Positions 51,466-59,832 of a stretch of 64,000 nucleotides of DNA are shown here, one piece after another. Position 1 is the first letter of the stretch, and each line of letters opens with the position of its first letter. The position numbers were made by a program, and so were the translations under genes. The stretch comes from Longimicrobiales bacterium (GTDB lineage Bacteria; Gemmatimonadota; Gemmatimonadetes; Longimicrobiales; Gaopeijiaceae): positions 3,360,001-3,424,000 of the forward strand of contig OZ241892.1 in assembly GCA_965203485.1 (NCBI GenBank), written 5' to 3'. The notes under the pieces are model-generated. The model made no database searches. It was not told the DNA's origin and was given only the letters and a program-made list of their open reading frames with translations.

Positions 51466-52715
51466 AGTATCGCAGGACGGCGGCCACGAACGTCGTCTTG
51501 GTGGCTTCCGCGGCCGTGGGGCTTTCCGCATGCGACCCGAGCGACTCCGACGTCGGAGGAGCGCTCCAAGTGGATACGCTGGCCAGCGGCCGAGTCCTGG
51601 TTTCGAATACGGACCATGGCTCGAACGCTGAAGCCAATAGCCTCCGCCTTGTCGAGAAGATGCGAATAGGGAGCGGTGTGACGGGTGATGGCCCGGATGC
51701 TTTGGGAACGGTCGGATCCCTGACAGCCGACATGGCCGGAAATGTGTATGTCGCCGATCCTCAAGTCCAAGAAGTAATTGTGTTCGACTCCGAAGGATCC
51801 TTTGCACGACGGTTGGGCCGGGCCGGACGTGGTCCGAGCGAGCTGATGTGGGCATTCGGCCACATCATGAGCGTCAAGCTCGCGTGGCAGTCGCCCGATC
51901 GGCTTTGGATCAGCGACACGCCGCTCCTGCAACTGCTCGACGCCGATGGATCGGTCATTGCCGTGATCAGAAGAGACGAAGCGTCGTTCACAAGGTTCAA
52001 CATGCCGCCGCGGGTAGACACAATGGCATTTGCCTATTTTGGCGTGTCCTTGCCAGGACGTTATGATGCCGACTTCGTTGTCCGGTACGGCGTTTCCGCA
52101 TCCGATTCGAGTCGGCTTGTTGCGCTCGACAGTCTGCGGTTGGAGCCACTGACAAGCACCGTGCGGTTTTCGACGCCGACGACCAACGACGGTGCTTCCG
52201 TGCAAAGCATGACGTATCTCCCGATGGAATCGCAAGCCGTGTGGACGGTCGGCCCAACCGGCAACGTGTGGCTAGCAAAGACGGCTGAATACCGGTTGCA
52301 CGAGGTGACGTTGGCGGGCGACACGTTGCGCACGATTGAGTTGGCCCGCGAGCCGGATCGCCTCGGAAGCGCCGAGCGCGACAGCTTGGCCAAGGCCTCT
52401 GGATTTGATCTCAGCCAAATACCTGTCCATCGGCCATTGTTCGACCGCCTGGACGTGGCGCCCGACGGTGCCGTGTGGGTCCGCACGGCGCCCCCGAGAG
52501 CGGCATGGGACGTCTTCGACGCGTGCGGACGCTATTTGGGCAACGTGACCGCAGGGGCGCAACCGATACGGGAACCCTTCGTCGTGGTGGCCGGCGGCGC
52601 GCTGTTCGGCGTCGTTACGGACGAACTGGACTTGGAGTATGTCGTGCGGATGCAGCTGTCGCGTGCGGACGGGTCGCCGGTTCGACCGGCGTCCGAGTGT
52701 TGGCCGGAGCGATGA
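51459..52715 (+). CDS. 6-bladed beta-propeller lipoprotein
   Basis: Lipobox 'GLSAC', 'GNVYVAD', 'LGRAGRGPSEL', 'GVVTDELDLEYVVR'. Confidence 0.8.
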   Translation: MLKYRRTAATNVVLVASAAVGLSACDPSDSDVGGALQVDTLASGRVLVSNTDHGSNAEANSLRLVEKMRIGSGVTGDGPDALGTVGSLTADMAGNVYVADPQVQEVIVFDSEGSFARRLGRAGRGPSELMWAFGHIMSVKLAWQSPDRLWISDTPLLQLLDADGSVIAVIRRDEASFTRFNMPPRVDTMAFAYFGVSLPGRYDADFVVRYGVSASDSSRLVALDSLRLEPLTSTVRFSTPTTNDGASVQSMTYLPMESQAVWTVGPTGNVWLAKTAEYRLHEVTLAGDTLRTIELAREPDRLGSAERDSLAKASGFDLSQIPVHRPLFDRLDVAPDGAVWVRTAPPRAAWDVFDACGRYLGNVTAGAQPIREPFVVVAGGALFGVVTDELDLEYVVRMQLSRADGSPVRPASECWPER

Positions 52716-52839
52716 CGGCGGGCGCTGGAGGCGGCCACGCCTGGCGTCCGCGCTGAGGCCGGAGTCGTTCGGACGAGAAACCTGTTCGCCGCCGTGCCGG
52801 CGTCAGCCCGCCGACAGGGCTACGGACATGCTTTCGGCG

Positions 52840-53598
52840 GCCACCGCTTCTCGTAGCGCCGCAACCTCCGGGGCCCGACCTCCGCGCCGTACACCGTACA
52901 CGTTGCCGTGCCGGTCCCGCGCAACCCAGCCGCATCGCGCCAGTCTTGCCCATCGGGTCGCCCTGCGACCGTGGTCTTGCCCGATACCGGCATCGCCCGC
53001 CTCGTGCGCGAGGTTAAAGAGGCCCCAGACCTCCGTCCGCGCGCCGCCAGCACCGACCCGGCCATCGTGCCGCCGGCCAGTCTGATGTTCCCGACCCATG
53101 GAACCTTCAGGAGACGCCGAGCAAAGGATCGTCGAACTGCTGACCACGGGTGGCGATGCGAATTGGCACGTCGGCGTGGCGGCGGCTCTCTCGGTGGCGC
53201 CGGAAGAGAGATCGTCGGCCTTGATCGTAGGCATGATCGAGGCGTGGCGGCGAGACGTGGAATGGAGCACCAGCCGTTACGCGGCTGACCTGGGAACCGC
53301 GAGCCGCGGGGAGACGCCGAGCTATCTTGCCCACCAACTCGCGCTGACGGGCGACCCGGCGATCCTGCCTCCGCTGGCGTGGCGCGCCGCAGGCTTGTCG
53401 GCGGCGGTGGTCTACGAATTCGGGTTGCAGGCCGTGCCGCACACATGCCCTCCTGGGACGCCGGGGGGCCGGAATCCCGTGAGGCGGTTCCGGGAGATGG
53501 TGAAGCTGGCGGTGGAGGGCTGAGGGGGGGACTCGACCTTAGACGCGGCCGATCACCGCCGCCTGTTCTTCCAAGCGTCCCACGAACGCGGCCATTCC
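52840..53598. pseudogene. Chimeric remnant: NHL 3' end, repeat scrap, 47606-gene fragment and beta-lactamase fragments
   Basis: 52840-52918 resembles 43590-43658. 53113-53443 resembles 47755-48085. ACACATGCCCTCCTGGGAC matches 49050-49068. 53457-53563 matches 49788-49894. Confidence 0.85.
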
Positions 53599-53599
53599 G

Positions 53600-53980
53600 C
53601 CGCCGCCGCGCTGGCCTCCTGCGCGCCACATCCGGCGCTGTGCGCTCCAGGTCGTTGCAGAACGCCTCCAGCATACCCTTGGCCGCGTCTGCGCGTTGCT
53701 GCACGTTGCCTTCGAACAGCTGCTCGATCTCGCGGAGGCTTGTGCGCATCGCCGATTCGGTCGTGCCCAGCGACTGATCGTCGTCTTCCGGCCCTCGCAT
53801 GAGCATGCGCCACGTCCACGCCTCCGGCGGTCCGTCTCCCGGCAAGAACAGCGGCTTGATGGGGTGGCCGAAGTCCTCCGCCGCCTTGACGACCTGGGTC
53901 TCCTTGTCCCGGGAGTCTCCGTCCAGGACGATCACGAAGTCCCAAAGCTTGTCGAACTTGCCGAGCGTGCGCACGTGGGC
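53600..53980 (-). pseudogene. 3' (TOPRIM-like) fragment of an ATP-dependent nuclease gene
   Basis: 'FVIVLDGDSR...LFLPGDGPPEAWTW'. Part of it is repeated at 58311-58440, next to the ATPase remnant. Confidence 0.5.
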
Positions 53981-53998
53981 CGGGAACTCGCGGCCGTG

Positions 53999-55378
53999 TC
54001 AGTTCACGTCCGTCGGCAAGCGCACCACGCGAACCGTCGCCACGTCGTACTCGCCCAACTCGACGTAGGCCGCCAGACCGCCGGGGCCGAACGCGTCCGG
54101 GACGACGATGCTCGGCGGATAAGTGCCCACGTACCGGCCCTCGGACGACAGCACGTCCAAGGGGCCGTTCGCGACTCCGTCTTCCGCGCGCCGGCGCACC
54201 CAGATGCGCCCGTTCCATGTCGTGTGCAGGTCCTGCACGACGGGCACTTCCTCGTAGAACTTGGCCTCCTCGATCTGCTTTCTGCGTTGCTCGACGCCCA
54301 GCCTGGAGACAATGGTCAGCATGTTGCCCCCGCCGCTGACTCTTCGGTCCTCGCCGTCTTCGTCCTCTGCGGCTTCGAGCGCTTTCAGTTGCCGCTCCCT
54401 CCAAGCTCGCTCGATGCGGCGGGTGACCGGCAAGGGCGGGATGGGCCGCGTGAGCGTGCGAATCACGCCTTCTCCCTCGCCAACGATCTTGATCGCGTAG
54501 GTCGTGGAGTCTGCAAGCGCGACGCTCCCGTCGGGAAGGGGGCCAGCGTGGAGACCGGGCTCGAAGGTGGGCGGCACCTGGCGCCGCAGGTCGAGACTGC
54601 TGAGCACGACGGCCGCGCCTCCTTCGCCACCGCTGACTTGAAGGCCTGCCGGAAGCTCGATCTTCCCTCCGTCGCTCATCGTCGTCTGCGGCGCCCAGGC
54701 GTCTGCGATCGTGGTCGTGCTCGCCTCGTCTCCGTCCAGAAGCACTCGTTCGACCAGACGGTCGGAAGGGGCGGATTCCGAGGAGACGCCGGCAGGACCG
54801 GCCGATATCGTGAGCGCCGGAGCGCCTTCCTGGACGGCGATCAATGCAAGCCCGCTGGGGTCGGCCACTCCTCGCCTGAGCTCCGCCAATCGCGCCCCCA
54901 TGCCACGGGCCGTGGTCGCGTCTACGTCGGGGTCGGCATCTGGACTCACCATGCGCTCGTATTCGCCGTCCGGGCCGAACACCACATAGGCCTGGTGTCC
55001 CATGTCCGTGATCACGACGCGCCCGTCCCGCATCACGGCCATGGACCTGGCAGAGCGCAATTCGCCGGGTCCGTCGCCCGGTCTGCCGAACCGTCGCACA
55101 AGACGCCCCTCCGGACTCACGACGATGGTCTCCGACGCTTGGGAGTCGAAGAAGTATAGATTGCCCTCGCCGTCGAAGCCCGCGTGGCCAATGTGGCCGA
55201 ACTGCTCCCAGTCGGCGCCGGCGATGCCGCCGACGCGGTACACTTCCTCGAATTCCGCTTCAAGGGCCACGTCTCGGCTGGGCAGCTCCACGACTTCCTG
55301 GGCGCTCGCCGACGCAGTGACCGCTCCCAGCGCCGCGGTCATTGCCGCCGCCGTCGCAAGGGTTGTTGCGTTCGTCAT
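53999..55378 (-). CDS. Secreted 6-bladed beta-propeller protein
   Basis: GGAGG RBS, signal peptide ending 'ASAQ'. Paralog of 35615-36967. Confidence 0.8.
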   Translation of the reverse strand: MTNATTLATAAAMTAALGAVTASASAQEVVELPSRDVALEAEFEEVYRVGGIAGADWEQFGHIGHAGFDGEGNLYFFDSQASETIVVSPEGRLVRRFGRPGDGPGELRSARSMAVMRDGRVVITDMGHQAYVVFGPDGEYERMVSPDADPDVDATTARGMGARLAELRRGVADPSGLALIAVQEGAPALTISAGPAGVSSESAPSDRLVERVLLDGDEASTTTIADAWAPQTTMSDGGKIELPAGLQVSGGEGGAAVVLSSLDLRRQVPPTFEPGLHAGPLPDGSVALADSTTYAIKIVGEGEGVIRTLTRPIPPLPVTRRIERAWRERQLKALEAAEDEDGEDRRVSGGGNMLTIVSRLGVEQRRKQIEEAKFYEEVPVVQDLHTTWNGRIWVRRRAEDGVANGPLDVLSSEGRYVGTYPPSIVVPDAFGPGGLAAYVELGEYDVATVRVVRLPTDVN

Positions 55379-55820
55379 TCGATTCCTCCATTGCTGATGG
55401 GCGTGGTGCGTGCATCCGGCTGTTCTGCCGACTGGCGGGGCATCGGGAGCTTTGATGTTGCCTCGCGTTGCAGGGTTGCCTCCGGCTTTGCTGGCCGGCG
55501 GGCGCCTCGTCGTGACCACGGCCGGCGCATCTGGCCAACCGGCCGTGCCCTGGGCGGGTTCCCCCTGGGGTTGCCCAGCATGGTGGACACGTCCGATCTT
55601 TCGGAAAGATGAAGTCCACGAGGCCGAGTCGCAAGCAGTCCCCGGTTGGAGTGTCAGCGGCAAACGGCGAGCCGGCCGGCTCGCGGCGACGGCTCCCTGC
55701 GTCAGCGCGCGATTTTCGAGGCGTCGGCGCGGACGCCATTGCGCGCCTCGGTCCGTGAACGTCATGTTTCACGTTACACCGCGTAAACCCAAGGCGTTCC
55801 TGGGCGCGCTTGCGACGGAC

Positions 55821-55861
55821 GTGTCCGAAAATGGCTCGCCTCTTTCGCCCTCCAAGCGTTA
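55821..55861 (+). promoter_or_regulatory. Conserved motif copy 2, upstream of the sigma/AraC gene
   Basis: GTGTCCGAAAATGGCTCG-N15-AAGCGTTA. Confidence 0.6.
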
Positions 55862-56045
55862 AAATATTAAGATTATGGAGCGCGCCAAATTTCGATGCCG
55901 GTCCGACTTCCCATCCCGTCAAGCCACTAGGAGGCTTCAATGGCGCATCAAGAACCTGGCCCTTGCGACGGTTTTTGTTGCGATCGCCCGGACGACGGAG
56001 GGATACCCGACGGCCACGATGGGGCCTAGCCCGTAGCGTGCCAAT

Positions 56046-57488
56046 GTGCCGCCCCCGCGCCACCCTTGCATGTTCGCATGTAGCGGCAGCTTTCGCTTCG
56101 AAAGGAGCCTCGTTGTCGTGACCGGCGAACATGACCCCAAGGATGCCGCGCAAACCGGTCAACCGCTGTGCCATGGCGCCCGAGATGTCGGGCTTCATCT
56201 GGAGTTGCTCCGGGACCGAGACGCTGTTGCGACGGAGAAGCTATTCGACGCCGCGTCGGCGGCCGTCGTCATGGCTGTCCGGCGCTTTGCCGAGGACGAC
56301 GAGGACGCGCAGGAGCTGGCCCAAGGCGCTTGGCATCGGATCCTGAAGAAGTTGCCGCGCTTGGCGCATGACGGCAACCCCGTGGGTTGGTGCGTGATCG
56401 TCGCCCGCAACCATTGCAAGAGCATCTTGCGCCGACGAGCGGCGGAGCCGGAGCTGATGAACTTAGAGCAGGTGGGCGAAGTGGCCGCCGAGACGCCGCA
56501 CGACCCGATCGGCCGCAGGGCAGCGATGCGGGCCGTTCGCGCGAGCGTGGCGGCCCTGTCGGAGTCAGAACGCCGTGCGGTGACCTTGCGGTTGTTGCAG
56601 GAACTCACCTGGGCCGAAACGGCTGGAGAGTTGGGAGTGCCTATTCCAGTGGCCCGCGCCCTTGTCCGCCAGGGTCTCCGCGTGCTCCAAGGCGACCAGT
56701 CCTTGGTTGAGGCCTACGCCGCGCTGGTCGGCAAACCCGCATCCCAGGTGCAAGACGATCTTGAGACATTCCCGCCGCGGCAGCCCATCTTGGCATTTCT
56801 TCGATCCGCGGCGCACCGCCACGAAGCACGGTCCGCCATCGAGTCGCGAGCGGACGTCTTCGGAACGGTGGTTTTTGCCAACGACCGCGGTGACTTTGAG
56901 AAACTGCTCCGAACTCATCGGGAGTCGCCCGTCCTGGTCGATCTTGACACATCGTTGGCGAGGGTGGGAGAGCGCGACTCCCTAGGCAGTGCCGTGCGAT
57001 GGGATCGCGCTTACGCGGACAAAGACGTTTTCTTGTCTGCTTTAGCGCAAGCCATAGTCGCCAAACCGGTAACGTCCTTGGTTGACGGACTTGAAGGACG
57101 AGCGGATCCCAGGGCTTGCGAGATCATGAGTGTCATATTGGATCACGCCTGCGCGCCCTACGGGGTTGTCGCGCTTGCCGATGACCTGCATACCACGGCC
57201 AGAACGCTTGGCCGCCGATGTATTTCCATGCACATTCCTTCGCCCAAGACGCTGATCTCGCTGGGCCGTGTCTTCGTAACCGAGAGCATGATTGATTGGA
57301 GTGGCAGACCAGCGCAGGCTGTGGCGGACGTTTTCCGTTTCTCAGACGCGTCGAGCTACCGACGGCTTGTGAAGAACGTGCTCGGCATGTCGTCTTCGTC
57401 CATCCGCGATCGCGGGGGCGGTACCTACGTGGCGACGGTTATCGCCGAGACGTTGCGTACGGACGCGTGGGACGCGACGGTAAACTGA
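56046..57488 (+). CDS. ECF-type sigma factor fused to a C-terminal AraC-like HTH domain
   Basis: Sigma region 2 'DAQELAQGAW..GWCVIVARNHCKSILRRR', region 4 'LSESERRAVTLRLLQELTWAETAGELGVP..ARALVRQG', and AraC-like 'LADDLHTTARTLGRR...VADVFRFSDASSYRRLVKNVLGMSSSSIR'. Start uncertain. Confidence 0.75.
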   Translation: MPPPRHPCMFACSGSFRFERSLVVVTGEHDPKDAAQTGQPLCHGARDVGLHLELLRDRDAVATEKLFDAASAAVVMAVRRFAEDDEDAQELAQGAWHRILKKLPRLAHDGNPVGWCVIVARNHCKSILRRRAAEPELMNLEQVGEVAAETPHDPIGRRAAMRAVRASVAALSESERRAVTLRLLQELTWAETAGELGVPIPVARALVRQGLRVLQGDQSLVEAYAALVGKPASQVQDDLETFPPRQPILAFLRSAAHRHEARSAIESRADVFGTVVFANDRGDFEKLLRTHRESPVLVDLDTSLARVGERDSLGSAVRWDRAYADKDVFLSALAQAIVAKPVTSLVDGLEGRADPRACEIMSVILDHACAPYGVVALADDLHTTARTLGRRCISMHIPSPKTLISLGRVFVTESMIDWSGRPAQAVADVFRFSDASSYRRLVKNVLGMSSSSIRDRGGGTYVATVIAETLRTDAWDATVN

Positions 57489-57562
57489 CCCTGCCATGGC
57501 GCTACCCCCACCCACTATCAGGCGAATAGCCCGCGTCCCTCACACTGATGGATGTAGCGGCC

Positions 57563-57603
57563 GTGTCCGAAAATGTCTCGTCCATCCTGCCACATAAGCG
57601 TTA
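57563..57603 (+). promoter_or_regulatory. Conserved motif copy 3 (a lone first box also at 57719)
   Basis: GTGTCCGAAAATGTCTCG-N15-AAGCGTTA. Confidence 0.6.
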
Positions 57604-57728
57604 TCGATATATGTTGCCAATTCGATGATGCGGTGGCGGGGGAGCGCGACCCTCTCGCCGGTGCCGTGCGATGTGATCGCGCGGCATACCCTGTCCGTCC
57701 GAGATCAAGGCTACGGCCGTGTCCGAAA

Positions 57729-58082
57729 ATGGTCTTTGCGGCCTTTGCGACGGCCTTTCTGTGTGTGGCGGCATGTTTGTCGGCATGGGGTGCGTGGGAC
57801 GCTCAGGCTCAGGAGAGTGTTTCGCCGTCATCCGGCGTGGGGCACCTCGGATTATCGTGGTCGTTGGGAGGATTCTCCCTGGCCCTGGTCGCGAACGATT
57901 CCACGCCCAGACGAGCAACGTCATATCCCGTGGTAGTGGGCGTCGCCGAGTGTTCGTCGGTCGTGGCCGCCGCCGGCGCGCTGTTCGGTGTCGTCACGGA
58001 CGAACTGGATTTGGAGTACGTCGTGCGGATGCAACTGTCGCGTGCCGACGGCTCGCCGGTTCGGCCCGCGCCCGAGTGCTAG
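57729..58082 (+). pseudogene. Signal-peptide ORF fused to the 3' tail of the 51459-52715 propeller gene
   Basis: 'MVFAAFATAFLCVAA..AQAQ' followed by 'GALFGVVTDELDLEYVVRMQLSRADGSPVRP', which matches the C-terminus of the 51459 gene. Confidence 0.7.
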
Positions 58083-58310
58083 ACGCGAGGAGGGATGCCA
58101 TGGGCGTGACCCATGAGGTTCCGTGGTGGCGGTTGCCCTACGTATCGCCCGTATGGCGACTGATGGCTTCTCGCAGCAGTAACAGGAGCTGTCTATAGTG
58201 CCTACGTCGGTGCTTCGACAACACCGTTCTGGTTGTCGTGCTTTGGGTCACGAAGCGGGAATTTGTGAGTGCGTGATCCGTTGCGCGCAAGGACTGGCTG
58301 GGCATCGCAT

Positions 58311-59277
58311 GTGCGCTCCAGGTCGTTGCAGAACGCCTCCAGCATGCCCTTGGCCGCGTCTGCGCGTTGCTTGCACGCTGCCTTCGAACAACTGCTCGAT
58401 CTCGCGGAGGCTTGCGCGCATCGCCGATTCGGTCGTGCCCAACAGCGGAGCGCAATTCTCCGGCAACTCCTGCGCCGCTTTGACGATCGCTCTTTCCCTG
58501 TCCTGAGTAGCGGCTGAGCGTGCGGATGCAGGCCAGTTTCGACTTCGTCGATCAGAACAAGCGCCCGGTCGAGGAGGGAGAGGTCCTTGGAATCCGCAAT
58601 ATCGTCCGCTCGGCCGACGACATGTGTAGCTCCGAGTACTTCGCGGGCGGATCGCCCTTCACCTCGGCAAAAAGCAGGTCCCGGCCCTCTCTGGCGCCAG
58701 AGCCACGCGGGCGGTATTCCCAGGGAAGCACGCGATGGGCCAGCACGAGCACGCTGGGCGGCACCATCTCCTCCTTGAAGGACTCGCGGCCCATCCCCAG
58801 CAACGCGCGAGCCTCGGCCGAGCGGCTAGTCAGGTTGGCCAGAGTGCGCAGGTGGACGCCGCGCTCAGGCATGTCGCCGCGTGGGTTCTGGCCGCTCCAG
58901 GTTCTGCCGCGACGCGTCCAGGCCACGTCGAACCGCTTGCCATCGGCGGTCCCCCAAAGCTCCAGCTCCGTCTCCGCCGCCTCGTCGGCCAGCCTGGCCA
59001 GATGGCCTGTGAAGTCCGGAAAACACGTCGGCGGGCCCGAGACCCAGCCCTCCGCCCATGGGCGCGTCGTACGCGCAGGCGCGGGCAAAGAGCAACGTGG
59101 ACTTGCCGCAACCGTTCGCCCCCACAAGGACGGACACCGGGTAGGGGAACCGCACCTCGAGTTCTCGAATCCCGCGAAGCTCGCGGATGCGAACGAAGTC
59201 CAGCGAGTCGCGCCTCGGGGCCGAGTCGGCCCGGAGAGCGTTCCAGACTTCCTCGAGTTGCTGGCGATCAGAGACAC
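58311..59277 (-). pseudogene. Frameshifted and deleted AAA/ABC-type ATPase (OLD-like nuclease) gene
   Basis: Walker A 'VSVLVGANGCGKST', signature-like 'YSELHMSSAER' and Walker B 'LVLIDEVETGLHP' are spread over several frames. Confidence 0.75.
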
Positions 59278-59644
59278 GACGGTTGCCCCGCCGCCGCGGC
59301 CTAGCGGATCGCGCTCGCCGTCGCGCCCGCGTCCTCGGCGGCAGCCTTGAGGAATTCGCGCTTGTTCATGAGCGGGCTCTCGTCTTGGGGGTGATGGCGT
59401 TGTCCCGGCGCTCGTGGATCGGGACGGTCGTCGGCAACCCGAGCCCTTGCTCGGTGGACGTGCGTCCGAAGAACGTGAGCTCGTGGCCGATTCGTGGCCG
59501 GATCGGCCGCCGCCAGCGCCTCGGGCGCCTGTGGCCTTGAGATACTGCTACGCGCCCGGCGCGCGGGGGCGGCGTTGCGGAGCCGAACGGGGCGGCCAAC
59601 GATCTCGATCCGCGACCAAGCAGTGCTCGTGCTAGAGCGAATTC

Positions 59645-59722
59645 CTGCCAAAATGGCAGATCGAGTCGTGGCGCCGCCGACAATTCCTGCCTAAATGGCA
59701 GAAGAGGCTGTCAAAATGGCAG
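59645..59722. promoter_or_regulatory. Three palindromic boxes CTGYC(A/T)AAATGGCAG upstream of mod
   Basis: Boxes at 59645-59659, 59687-59701 and 59708-59722. Confidence 0.55.
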
Positions 59723-59832
59723 ATCAGGGATGCTCCTTGGAACTGCTGCCTCTCCGTTTGCCGCTGTCGTCGGTCGTCGATAGGTTCCCCGGCGTCCCGT
59801 CACCAGTTTCACGTCGAGCACGCTGAACGAGC

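Noticed and set aside
50031..54422. Duplicated gene 3' ends as a diversity-generating retroelement template/variable repeat
   Set aside because: No reverse transcriptase is in the window, and the copies look identical rather than differing at adenines.
59301..59540. Possible gene remnant ('IGHELTFFGRT...', 'MNKREFLKAAAE')
   Set aside because: It looks coding-like, but I cannot assign a family or boundaries.
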